A program made the translations under genes and the position numbers. From Neocallimastix sp. 'constans' (Eukaryota), in assembly GCA_050613775.1 (NCBI GenBank), contig JBODTK010000011.1:744001-808000 (forward strand): DNA of 64,000 nucleotides. Direction: 5' to 3'. Numbering within the stretch: the stretch's first letter is position 1; every line of letters begins with the position of its first letter. Below, in pieces: positions 14,116 through 28,539 of this stretch. The notes beneath the pieces are model-generated. The model searched no databases, was not told where the DNA came from, and saw nothing but the letters and a program-made list of their open reading frames with translations.

Positions 14116-17100
14116 AATAAAATAAAATAGATTAGAAAAAAATTTTAATTATAATATTTTTAATATTTTTTTCAATAAATTATATACATATCCATACTTA
14201 TTATATAAGTCATCTATGTTTAAAAAGAAATATTTTCAATAGATTTAAAATTAATGAATTTTAAAAAAAAATATGAAGGAAGGGATTAGTGACAACGTTA
14301 TTTTGTGATTATTTAATAATATAATTTCAAAAATAAAAAAAAAAGGAAAAAGAAAAAGAAACTTTAAATGATCTTTTTTTATTTTTTATTTTTTTTTTTT
14401 ATTTTTTTTTTTTTTTTTTTTTTTTGATAAAACTTATATAATAAACTTTAGTACTGAACTCTAATCATTTATTATATATATAAACATTTCAACTACGTAT
14501 CAACAATAATGATGAATGAAATGAAAAGAGTTTTATCATTTCAATAGCATCATAGGAAGACTTCATAATTAAAAGTCACTCCTTTTTTTTTTTTTATTAT
14601 ATGAAATTAATAGTCACATAAAAATTATAATAATAATTAATAATAGAATATAATTATTAATTCAATAAACAAATAAATATTATATATATATATATATATA
14701 TTTATTTCATTTTTATTTTTAAAAACATGTATCATTATAAATTATTAATAATAATTTTTTTTTTTTTTGTAATGTTTTTAAAATAATTTATAATGATACA
14801 AGGTTTAAGTTTTGTTTCTAATACATTCTATAGTATTTAATTCTGTAATAAAAAAGATTAAAAAAATAACTATAATATGTATATTGCTATTTTATTATTA
14901 TTTTTTTTATTTCATATTTATTAAATTTTTATAAATATTTTTTATTTCAATAATGAAATTATGTAAATTATTTCATTTTCAGTACTTTTAATTTTTATTA
15001 TTATTAATAAAGATAAACATTAACTATTTAAAATAATAATTAATAGATGATATATTTGAAATACAATAACAGATATGATATATGAGTTTGATTTTTTATT
15101 TTATTTTATTTATTTTTTTTCTTTTCATTATATTACATTTAAAATATTAATAATAATTTTATATAAAATTCTTTAATTTTTTGTTTTTTAAATAATTATA
15201 AAGTAAAAGTCAAATTTAGCCTGTTAAATATAAAAGATAACACAATTTTTATTAAAAAAGGAAATTTAAAAGGTATGAAATAGAAGAACAAACCTTTAAT
15301 GCTTTTCATTTGAACTCACTATTTAGAGAATATATAAAACCATAATCTATTTTTTTTTTTTCCTTATATTATAATTATAATAAAAATAAATCAATAAATT
15401 TTATTTTTAATTATCATTCAAACCAAAATTTTAATTTTAATATTAAAAATCCTTTAACTTAACTTAATTTAACACATTAATAATACTAATTATAAAATAA
15501 TAATAATAATAACAATATTATTATCAAATATAATTGAGCTAACATTTTTTCTTTATATAGCTACTTTTTTTTCTTATTCTTTTTTTTTTCTTATCTTTAA
15601 TAACTTTTGAAAAGTGTAACAAAAAAATTAAAAAATTAAAAAAATAAAAATAAATATAATTTAAATTAAATAGAGTATATTATAATATATATATAGTTAA
15701 TATATGAATAGAAATATATTTCCTATTTTCCATTTCATTAATTTTTAAAGTTTTACTCTCATGATTTTTAATATTAAAAATTTTTAATTTTATTATTTAT
15801 TATTATTATTTATTATTATTATTATTATTTATTATTATTTATTATTATTATTATTTATTATTAATTATTATTATTTATTATTATTATTTATTTTATTATT
15901 ATTATTAATTATTATTATTTATTATTATTTATTATTATTATTTATTTTATTATTATTATTAATTATTATTAATTATTATTATTATTATTTATTTATCATT
16001 ATTATTTATTTATTATTATTATTTATTTTATTATTATTATTTATTTTATTATTATTATTTATTTTATTATTATTATTTATTTTATTATTATTATTATTAT
16101 TATTATTTTTTTTTATAATTTTAAACTTTTTTTTTATTTTTAAAGTTTTGCTTTTTTTTATTTTTTTTATTTTTTTATATCTATTCTTTTTTAATATTAA
16201 CCATTTATAGTAATTTTTATGAATAAATTATTTTTTTTTAAAACTTTTTATATAAATAAAAAAATAATAAAAGAAGCAATAAATATTGAATTTATAATAA
16301 TTTAATAATAAATAATAAATAATAAATATAGAATAATAGTAATAAACAATAATAAATAAAATTATAAACAATAACAATAATAATACAGAATAATACATAA
16401 ATAATAAATAATAAATAATAAAAAGAGTATTTATTAATAAATAATAAATAATAAATAATAAATAATAAAAAGAGTATTTATTAATAAATAATAAATAATA
16501 AATAATAAATAATAAAAAGAGTATTTATTAATAAATAATAAATAATAAATAATAATAAAAGAGTATTTATTAATAAATAATAAATAATAATAATAAAGGA
16601 TTGCAATAATAATAATAATATAGTATTTTAATAATAATAATAGTAATAAATACGTAGTAATAATAATTATTATCTTTTATAACTACTAATTTATCATATA
16701 AATCATAAAGTTTTATAAATACTTTATTTTATAACAAAATAATTCAGTATATTTAGAAGCTGTGGTTCGATTCCTTGATATGGCATCTAATATTCAATAT
16801 AGGTGTCTGTCCTGAAGTATTAATCTATCATCTTAATGTTTACAAAAGGTTTTCCTTAGATTGAACATTATATTGTATCAATGCTTAGTTAAAAGAAAGA
16901 TGGTCACATATAAATCTTTTTCACATGAATCATTCTCAAGTACACCTGATAACAATAGGTTAATACATTATTATTTATAAATATATAAATTTATTATTTA
17001 TTTCATTTACCTAACTATTTTTAACATCATTTACTTAATTATTATTTATTTTATTTACTTAATTATTATTTATTTTATTTACTTAGCTATTATTAACATC

Positions 17101-19604
17101 ATTTACTTAATTATTATTTATTTCATTTATTTAATTATTATTTATTTCATTTATTTAATTATTGTTAATAATTTTTTTTTATTTTTTTTTTATCTTTTAC
17201 ATTATTTTTTTTTTTTTAAAAAATATTTCCATATTTAGTCATTCTAAATTATTTTCAAAAAAAATTTTTTTTAATCAACTGACACATTTTAACAATTTCA
17301 TTTTTCTGTATTACAACATATTACTATATATTATTATATATGGGAATATATATTATCCATTATAATTCCAAAGGAAATGCCAAAAAAGGCTTTATATAAT
17401 AATTTTTTAAAATTCATTTCAGTTACAAATTAAATTTAATTTAATTTAATTTTATATAAATTTAGTTAAAAGTGCATTATATATTAATATATGTATGCTT
17501 TAACTGATAATATAAATAAATATATAGCCAACAATATATTATAAATTAAATGAAGAATGTAATAAAAAATTTTTTGGTATTTAAGTGATGAATCTTTATA
17601 ATATAATAAATTTATTATTTTTAAAGTTTAATAGTAAATAAAATTTAAAATATAATTAAATGGGGAGTAACATTAAATATAACAGGACTAAATTCTATTG
17701 TGTATATATAATATATGTATAATTATAATAACCATATATAAAAGTTATTAAAGATTTTAACCTAATATATTGATATTGTATAATGATTTTTTTTTACAAA
17801 ATTCTTTTTTTTATTGTATATTGTTCAGTATATATATATACTATTATACTATTATATATATACTATTATATGAAGTATATTACAACTATATACTATTATA
17901 TAATATATTAGTATATTACAATTATTTTTTTGAAATATGAACAAAAAAAAAATTAAAAATGTATATATATTATTCTATATCAATAGAAATAAAAATATAA
18001 TTAACAATAATCATTAAATTATCGTTATAATGTATTAATGAATTGATAATATTTAAGTACATTATTATACATTTTGATACATTATGTAGAAAGGAATAAA
18101 GTTTAAAACTTTGTAATTTTTAGGTAAAATTAGCATTTGTTCTTTTTTTTTTTTTAATTAGTATCATGCTAAGTAAATATAATATGAATGTAAGAAATAA
18201 ATATAAAATAAATATAAAATAAGTATATAAAAGATATTATATAAAGATAATTAATAATTGAGAATATCTAATTATTATGAATAGCTTTAAATTATAAATT
18301 AAAAAATATATTTTATATTTATATTATTTATTACTTATTTTATTTTTATATTATTTATATTTATGTTATTATTATTTATATTTATATTAATCATATAATT
18401 TATATTTGTATTACTTATATTTAAATTTATATTATTTATAATTTAATCATTTCTCTATTTGTTTTGTTTATAATTGTTAATAGTAAATAGTATAATTTCA
18501 TTATATATTGTCATATATATTTTTATATATTTCTACATTTATTTAAATATTAATAATGATTGATTTAGATTAAGACATTTTCTTTTTCATTATTTTCTAT
18601 AAATTTTAATTTTAAATTTTTAATTTATTTAAAAAAATATAGAAAATGACCAAATATGGATGTTATTATTTTTTTAAAGAATATTAAATAGTAACAAATA
18701 AAATTGATTAGAAAATGTTTGTAATACTTATTAATAATTAAATAATTGAATAATAAATAATTGAATAATAAATAATTGAATAATAAATAATAATAAATAA
18801 TAAATAATAAATAATAAATAATAATAAATAATAAATAATAAATAATAAATAATAAATAATAAATAATAAGTAATTGAATAATAAATAATAAATAATAAAT
18901 AATAAATAATAAATAATTGAATAATAAATAATTAAATAATAAATAATAAATAATTGAATAATAAATATATAAATAAATAAATAAATAAATTAATTAATAA
19001 ATAAATAAATAAAATAATAAAATAATTAAATAAGCAGATAAATAATACATAAGGAAAAAAAAAAAAAAAACTAATTAAAATATGAAAAGCTAATTTAAAT
19101 ATTCGATATTAATAGTAATCACTAATAGAGTAATGAAGAAATAATCAAGTGAAAAAGGATAACCATTACTCAATAGTTATAAATGAACTTATTAATTATA
19201 TTAAGTAATGATAATGATATCTCTTTAATAGTAAAGCTATTTTTTAAGATAAATAAATAATTGTTTTAAATAATATTTAATTATTATTACTATTTTATTC
19301 TCAATAAATAAGAAACAGTAAGTTATTCTATTCTTTAAACATTCTTCTAATATCAATGGTATTGTTAATAGTTGATCATTTCAATTCTTTTTTTTTCTTA
19401 TTCTTTTTTTACATCTTCTATTTGGGATTTAAGGAAATTTAAAAATAAAAAAAAAAATGGTTACATTATTTTGTACAACGTAATACAAATGTATACATTG
19501 TAAATTTACTTATTAAAGAAAAAAAATATATAGATAACAATATATAAAAGAAATACTATATATTTGAATAAATAATAAATAAATAATAAATAATAAATAA
19601 ATAA

Positions 19605-19640
<36 letters not shown>

Positions 19641-21917
19641 AAAAATATAGGAAAAAGCCAAAAAGTTTAAAATTTAATAAAATAAAATTTAATATGGAAA
19701 AAATAAAACAAAATTATCTTTTATTTCTATATATTATATATATTTTCTTAGAATGAAAATGAAAAGAATAAAAATGAAAATATATAAAATTTTAATCTTT
19801 TTATATATAGTTATATAATTATATATTTACATATATAACCGTTTTTTTTTTTATATATTCTATTTTTTTAATTGTTGTTGTTATTATTATACAAAAATAC
19901 TAATAAAAAAAAAAAAACTATTTAGTTTTTTATTAATAGTAATTGTTAATTATTCATTTTTAATATTGTCATTCTCGGTTCATTTGTTGAATATGGAAAT
20001 CAATATATGAAAGCTTCTACATTCACATGTAACCGTTGCACAAAATTACTAGCCAAGGATAATTTTTTTTCCTTTTTTTTTCCTTTTTTTTTCATATATT
20101 CATTTAGTTATTATCTATTTTCATAATTATATCCTTAATATAATATCAACAAAAGTTAATAATAATATAAAATAATAATACAATGGATTTAATGATATAG
20201 AAATTAAAATAATAATAATAATAAAAAAAAGAGCTTATAATTATAAAAAAAAATTATATTTCTTTTATAATAATAATGATAATCATTGGTTATAAACTGT
20301 ATAATTATTATTATTATTATTGTTTTTAGTAGTAGTAGTAGTAGTAGTAGTAAAAGCTATTGTTATATATAGATACTAATAAATATTTTATATAAACTAT
20401 TCAATTAAACTACATATAAAAAAATATATATAAATATTTTTTTTTCTTTTTCTTTTTTTATATTTTTCTTTTATTTATGTATATATATACAAAATTTATA
20501 TACAAATTTTATATACAAAATTTATATTCAAATTTTATATACAAATTTTATATACAAATTTTATATTCAAATTTTATATATTAAAAAAAATTTAAATAAA
20601 TAAGATAAATAGATAATTATTTATTTAATTATTTAATAATTTATTTATTTAATTTTTTTTTTAATTTATTAATTAAATATCAAAAATGGAACCGAAAAAA
20701 ATTTTTTATTCATTTTCTTTTCTTTTTAAGAAAAATAATTAAACAATTAATTATTTTTTTATCTATCATATTCTAATTTAATTATCCTTTTTTTTTTATA
20801 TAATTTTTTTTTTTTTAAAAAAATAATCAAAAGAATTTAATATTTAAATATAGAAGATTAGTAAAAAAAAAAAAAAAAAAAAAAACAAGGAAAATTAATA
20901 AATTATCAATAAAAAAAAAAAGTAATAAACAAATATTTAATATCATAAAGCTTTAGATATAAAAGATTTTAAATGTTATCAATTTATCTATCATATTATT
21001 ATATATAATAAATATTTAAAATCTTAAAATCTATTATTTTTTAAAAACTTTTATTATTATTATTTTTTTAATATTTATTTATTTAGTATTGATACTCAAT
21101 AATTTGATATTTGTTTGTCCAAGAAATAATACATCGAAGAAATTTAAAAGTGAAAGAAAAAATACCAATCTATTAATTTTAAATTTTTACATTTTTCGGT
21201 TAATAACTTAATAGTACAACTCATCTTTTATTTCATAGTAAATATATTTATTGAATAGAAAAATAATACTAAACAATTATTTATTTTAAAGACAATAATA
21301 AAAAGAAAGAGGTTAAATAAATAGAAAAATATTATTAAAAGATAATATTTTAATGTATATATTTAATTTATAAAATATTTGTAATAACATAGAAATATAA
21401 AAATCGAAAATAATAATAAATAAATAAATAAATAAATAAATAATAAAAATTATGACAAAAGAAAAAGAGAGAAGGGGAACTATTTATTTATCTCAATTTT
21501 TTTTTTTAAATAGTTTGAAAATTAAAAATATCATATTACAAAAATGAAATAAAAAAAAAGAAAAAAAAATTGAAAAGAATGTATAATAGGTTTATTTATA
21601 AAGTTGTAGAAATAGTAATAATAATATTTTATATATTTAAATAATAAATTTTACTTTCAAAAGATTATATATGAAAATATTTATTATTAACAGAAATATA
21701 AATATCATAAGTAAAGAAAATAATTATAAACTTTAGTTTGTTAAGATTTAAAAAGATGTCATATGATTTTAATAAAACATCTTAATGAATACTAATTGAA
21801 AATAAAGATTATTTAAACATAATAAAATATTTATCAAATAAATAAATATAAATATCAAAATAAAATAAAAAAAATATTAATACAAAATAGTTAGTCATAC
21901 TAATGTTAATATTATTT

Positions 21918-21955
<38 letters not shown>

Positions 21956-21978
21956 CTCATTTTCAAACAATTATGTTG

Positions 21979-22009
<31 letters not shown>

Positions 22010-22108
22010 AAATAGATTATTTAAATTATTATTGTAAATTATTAATATTGATTATTTAACAAAAATTTTATTATTTTATATAGTAGAATATAATATAAAA
22101 GTAAAAAA

Positions 22109-22885
22109 ATGTTAACAGTTGAAGAACCAAAAGTACCTGTTGAAGAAAATAATAATAGCTCAAAACAAGCGGAAGTTCAAAAAACTGAAGCTCAAATCTC
22201 GGAAAAAGACACTAACAAAGCTATCAATATAGAAAAAGTTAAAGAAGAAATAGAAGAAACTAAACAGAAAATAGAGGAATTAGATATTCATAAAGATGAT
22301 AAAGAAAGTAATGATAATGATAATGATGATGATGATATTGTAATACCTCCACCACCAGAATTCTCCGTTCCTTTATTTACGAAATATATTCATGGTCGTC
22401 AGCGTTCTATCTCAGTTTCTTCTGAACTTTCTCTTGATAGTTATATTGATGAAGAAGGCATTGGTTCACCAAACCTTGATTCTTCAAGTGAATCTGTTAT
22501 CAATGCTGATGGAGAATCTGCTGTTACCACAGAAATTAGTGCTGATGTTCCAGTTCATGAAGCAATTGATGTACCAAAACCAGTTCATGAGGAAGAAGAT
22601 AAAGAAAAAGAAAAAAATAATGATACCAATAAGGAAATTCCAAAGGATATTCAAGCTAGTACTCCATCTAAAATAGAAGAAGTAGCTACTGAACCTGTTA
22701 AAATTGAAGCTCCAGTGGTTGAAGAATCAAAGAAAGATTCATCCTTGACCATTGAAACAGATGAATCTCATTTAAATGTTGCTAATCATGTTCCTCCACC
22801 ACGTAGTTCCGCTTCACTCTCTGCTTCTGTAACTCGTCAAGAAGGTATAGATAATGAAGAAACCAAAGATATTTGTAAGAAATCC

Positions 22886-22924
<39 letters not shown>

Positions 22925-25358
22925 AATAAATAAAAAATTAGATAAAAAAATTTAAAAATAGATAAGAAAAATAGGATAAAAGAAAAGAAGAAAAGAAAAA
23001 AAAATTAGATATCTACGTATAAAAGTATTTATAATGAATTAGAATTAGAATTAGACTAATTTAAAATTAATAAAGATATATTAGAATATTAGATTATATA
23101 TATATAGTTTTTTTTTTATTATGTTTCTTTTTTTTTTTTTTTTTTTTTTTTTTTCTTCTAATAATTAAAACTTGGGATTTTTTATTTGAAAATTTTATTA
23201 TATATATATATATATTTATTAGTATTTATTTTTGTTATTTAAAATATATAATATAAAATGTTTTTTGAATATTTTGAAGCATAAAGTTGGAAAAAAATAC
23301 TTTATAATATATAAAAATTTTTTATAAAAAAAGAGAATGAAAGAAGATTAAAGTATCAACTTAATAGTTTATATCATCAGAAATATATATTTGAAACACC
23401 TTAATATTATGTTTTTCAAAAAAAAAAAAAAAAAAAATGTATATATATATTTTTAAAAAATGATAAATTATATCCAACATTATAAAAATAATAAGTCATA
23501 AAATTTTATTTTAAAAAATTATTATAAAAAAAATTATTGAGGTTATTTAAATTAATTAAATAATTAATATAAAATCCAATAATATCCAATAAAAAAAAGT
23601 TTAAATATAAATTAAATGTTAAAAAGAAAGAAAAGAATTTTTTAAAAATAATGAATTCAAAATAAATTTTATTTTATAAAAAGTAAACAAAACTCAAAAA
23701 TTAATACACCAATACCAATATATATTTTTAGTTATTAAAAATGAAAAAAATTAATAATCAAGTCATAATCAAGTCATTTGATTTTATGAAAATAATTTTC
23801 CTTGAAAGATAAATAGAAAATTTAAAAGACCCTCGTAGAATTATTATAGACAACAAAATATCATTTAATTTTATATTTATATATATATGAATTACTAGAA
23901 AATTAATAATTATATTATTATTATTATTATTATTATTTTATATAAATATTATATATATATTCTATTAAATAATAAATAATATAATAGCTGTTGTAAAGAA
24001 AATCCAAGAAGAAAAAAAAATAGAAAAAACTGAAGAACCACAAGAACCATCAAAAACTGAAGAACTTGAAAAACGTAAAAGATCAAGTTTCAAAAATTAT
24101 TTCTTTGGTTCAACCTCTTCAAATGTTTCAACCGTTAGTAATTCTAGTTCTACTAGTGATAAATCATCAAAAGCAGCTAAACGTAAATCTTCAAGTTCTT
24201 TAATGAGTTATGTTGGTTCCTTCTTAAAGAAAAAGAATTCTTATTTCGATACCGATGAAGAATTCTGGGAAGCATTCCTTAAAGAATATAAAAAGGATTA
24301 TCAATTAGATGTTAATTCCTTAAGTACTGATGGTAGTAATAATAAATTTGGAGATTTAGTAGAACGTGTTCAAAGAGGTGTTCCAGCTGAACATAGAGGT
24401 CAAATTTGGTTAAGTATTTCGGATTCTTTAGATGCTCATTTAGATGTTCTCTACTGGCAATTATTAAATGAACATTGTTCCTATGAAAGAGCTATTAATC
24501 AAGATCTTGGTCGTACCTTCCCAGAAATTCCAATGTTCAAAACTGAAGAAGTTCGTAAACAATTATATAATATTATGAAGGCATATAGTATTTACGATTC
24601 TGAAGTTGGTTACTGTCAAGGTATTAGTTTCATTGCTGGTCTTTTCTTAATGCAAAATGTAAGTTTTTTTTTTTTTTTTTTTTTTTTAATAATATATAAA
24701 TATCAAGTAATTCTATATTCTAGATATATAATTTATGTTTATTGTATTTTATGATAAGAATTTTTTTTTTTAAATTTCTTATAATAAACATATATATTTT
24801 TTATTATAAGAAAAAAAATATTTGTATATAATTACTTTTTTTTTTTTTAATATTTTTTTGACATAAATAAAATAAAATTTAAATAATATTTATATAAAAC
24901 ATTATACATTATAATTATTGTAATTATTAATTATATAATTTTTTTTATATGTATATATATAGATGAAAGAAGAACTTGCTTTTACCATCTTTGTTCGTTT
25001 AATGGAATCTTACAATTTAAGAACTCTTTTCACTCCAAAAATGCCAGGTTTAATGTTATTAATTTATCAATTTAATGCTATCTTCCAAACCTATATCCCA
25101 GCTTTATATTTCCATTTCTATAGATATAATTTAAGTCCAATGATGTATGCTTCTCAATGGTTCTTGACTCTTTTCAGTTATAGCTGTAAGTAAACACATT
25201 TTCATTATATATATATATAAAGAATTTACCTTTTTTTTTTCTTCTTCTTCTTTAAAAGGAATGAAATAATAATAAATAATAAATTTTATAATGTATAATA
25301 ATATACTAATAAAATTTTTTTAATAAAATTTTATATATTTACATATTTATTTTATTTG

Positions 25359-25408
<50 letters not shown>

Positions 25409-26241
25409 TTATTTTTATTTTTTTTTTTTTTTTTAAAAAAAAAGTCAATGTTGATTTAGTATTCCGTATTGTAGATATGATTCTTGTTGAAGGTCCAATT
25501 TCAGTTTTATTACGTTTTGCTTTAGTTATGTTAAAGAGATACGAAGATGAATTATTAAGTATTGAAAAGTTTGATTCTTTAATGGACTTTTTAAAGTCTG
25601 ATCAATTCACTAAAGTTAACGATGTTGAACAAATGGTTAAAGAAGTTATTGATCTTAAGAAGATTGTTAGTGACAACAGATTAGAACAATTAAGACTTGA
25701 ACATTTAGAAGAAATTAAGAAGAGAGAACCAGCTCAAAGAGAAATGGAACAACTTCGTGAAACCATGAAATTATTAAGAAAAGAAAATAAAGAATATATT
25801 AATAAGATTGCTGAAAATAAAAAGATTCAACAAGCTCTCACAGATGAAATTGTTTTATTAAAGGAATTAGTTAAAGATTTACAAGAGGATAATGAAGCAG
25901 TTAAAATGCAAGTTAAAGATTTAAGAACTATTATAACTCAAGAAGAAAAGATAAAAGATGATGATCGTTTAATAACATTAGAAGAAGAATTACAATTCTT
26001 AAAGGATAAATTACGTGCTACTCAAGTAGAATTATGTCAATCTAGAATGCAATATAATGAATTAGAAACTGCTTATCACTTGGAACAAGAAAGATGGAAG
26101 AAATCTAAACGTCGTTTATCTAGAAAGATTCAATTAAACGAAGATAAATCAAAACGTACCTCTTATATGATTGATCCACCTTCAACCCCTGCTACTCCAA
26201 CTTCTATGAAACCAATTGAATTACCAAGTATTACAGAATAA
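22109..26241 (+). CDS. TBC-domain Rab GTPase-activating protein (Gyp5/EVI5-like), 4 exons: 22109-22874, 23988-24658, 24963-25185, 25445-26241; ~818 aa
   Basis: TBC motifs RGVPAEHRGQIW, INQDLGRTFP, VGYCQG and YASQWFLTLF, followed by a C-terminal coiled coil. All three introns are GT-AG with compatible phases (total 2457 nt). Confidence 0.93.
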
Positions 26242-26433
26242 ATTTAAAGACAAAAAAAAAAAAAATTAATAATATTCTCTATAATTAATTAATTAAACAA
26301 TTTAAATAATAGCGTTAATTAAGAATAGAAATAAAATAGAAGTAAAAAGTAAAAGACAAAAAAAAAAAAAAAAAGTTTGAATTATATATTAATATCTATT
26401 AATATCTATTATTTTTTTTTTAATCAAATTTAT

Positions 26434-26468
<35 letters not shown>

Positions 26469-26568
26469 ATGATATCATAAACTTATAAACATTTATGTTT
26501 TTTATTAATTATTTTTATTTTATTTTATTTTTTTTTTCATAAAGTATAATTTTTTCTTTATTTTTTTA

Positions 26569-26606
<38 letters not shown>

Positions 26607-26834
26607 TATAATATAAATATGTAATATATAAGTAGTGTTTATCAATATCCAAAGTTTCTTTAAAAAAAAAAACTAAAAATATTTTTTATTAAAATTTTTC
26701 TTAAATATATTTAATCTATTATTTCATTTAAATAATTATATAATTAAATAAAAAAAATAATAACTAAAATAAAATAAAATAAATAAAAAAATTTTTTTTA
26801 ATAAAAATAAAAAAGTAATATTAAATAGTATATA

Positions 26835-27855
26835 AGTTAAAGAGTTACACAGAATGTGGTGTATACATATGAAATTTATATTATCATATATTTTTTTATT
26901 AATTAACCATATATACAAATAATGAAAAATAATAATATATTTTTTAACTAAATATACAAATAATGAAAAATAATAATATATTTTTTAACTATATATACAA
27001 ATAATGAAAAATAATAATATATTTTTTAACTATATATACAAATAATGAAAAATAATAATATATTTTTTAACTATATATACAAATAATAAAAAATAATAAT
27101 ATATTTTTTAACTATATATACAAATAATAAAAAATAATAATAATATATTTTTTAACCATATATACAAATAATGAAAAATAATAATATATTTTTTAACTAT
27201 ATATACAAATAATAAAAAATAATAATAATATATTTTTTAACCATATATACAAATAATGAAAAATAATAATTTTTTTTTTTTTTTAATATGTAAAAATTAA
27301 ATTTGTAAAACGATTCATTTTTATGCCTGTAATACTTTTTGTTAGAGGATCGGCTAACATAATTCCTAAACTGGTCTTTCTGAAAATCTAGCAAATTTAT
27401 TCCTATCAGTTGGAGTTGATGAACTAGAGCTCTCTTCAATTGCTTTTTTTTTTTATTTTTTCTCTTAGGAATTATGATGAACATAAAATAAAAAAATAAA
27501 ATTAAAATTAAATATTATTTTATTAAAATATTATAATATCATAAAATGTTTTATAAAAAAAAAAAAATTATTGTTGGATTGTTGGTTAGTGGATGCTTAA
27601 ATGCAGTGATCTGATAATATCAACCTATATATGTAATGTAGTCTCTCGGCATTGAGACTCTTAATTTATTAAAGAGTCAACACAGAATGTGGTGTATACA
27701 CACACATGGAATTTATATTATCATATATTTATTTATTTTTTAATTATAATTCTATATCTTATAATAAAAAGACTCAATTATTTAATATTTTACATTAATT
27801 CAATATATTTAATCTATTACATACTTTATAATATCTTAATGTACATTACTTAACA
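26835..27855 (-). mobile_element. Miniature internally deleted Copia derivative (5' LTR ~27855-27667, PBS 27666-27653, RNase H tail, 3' LTR remnant)
   Basis: LTR end sequence is present twice (~26835-26900 and 27667-27735). Minus strand has PBS AATTAAGAGTCTCA and encodes MLADPLTKSITGIKMNRFTNLIF* (~27361-27285), like the C-terminus of the intact Copia ORF. Shares leader motif AGTTCATC(A/G)ACTCCAACTGATA with 1769-1791. Confidence 0.75.
26907..27275. repeat. Minisatellite, ~41-bp unit x~9
   Basis: CTATATATACAAATAATGAAAAATAATAATATATTTTTTAA variants in tandem. Confidence 0.9.
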
Positions 27856-27956
27856 ATGTACATATATTAACTTTGATGTAATTTTAAAATTAAAAATATA
27901 TTTTTATATTTTATATTATTATACATTATATTTTTATTCAATAGTGGTACCAATAA

Positions 27957-28131
27957 TGTTTAGACTATTATAGAAACAATGATTATTAATAGCATATAAT
28001 GACGTATTCTTAAATGAATCGGTCTTTCTTAATATAAAAATAATAAAAGTAAATAAATAAGCACATAATAAACTTTAATTAAATATCATTCCTGATTTTA
28101 TGGGTTATATTTAATAGATTAAGAGTCTCAT
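27957..28131 (+). mobile_element. Copia LTR end plus PBS remnant
   Basis: ...TTTAATA-GATTAAGAGTCTCAT (PBS 28117-28131), the same junction as in the intact element. Left boundary uncertain. Confidence 0.6.
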
Positions 28132-28539
28132 TGACTCAATAATTCATTAACCATTGTTAATATTAAAATTCAATATATTAAATATTAAGTATTCATTAAA
28201 TATGATAATCAAGTGATAATTTAATACTTAATAATTTATTTTTATGCAATTATTAATAAAATAATCTAATAATAATTAAAGTTTTTTTTTTTTTATTTTT
28301 ATTTTATATCACTTTGCAAATTCTAAATGGATCATTTCTTTTGTACTATTTTTAGAATATTTTTCCTAAATTAAGATCCAAATTAAATAAATATTTAAAC
28401 CTTAGAAAGATTAAAAAAAAATTCATGTTCAATTAACATTAAAAATGATTTTATTTTCCATTATGATTCTTCTGGTGATAATAATCATAAATTCAAAGAG
28501 GACGACATGGGCATGGTTAATCAATTCGATTGATAACTT

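Noticed and set aside
16764..16785. GGTTCGATTCC (tRNA T-loop/B-box-like)
   Set aside because: No D-arm, anticodon arm or acceptor pairing upstream; reads equally well as a decayed coding fragment.
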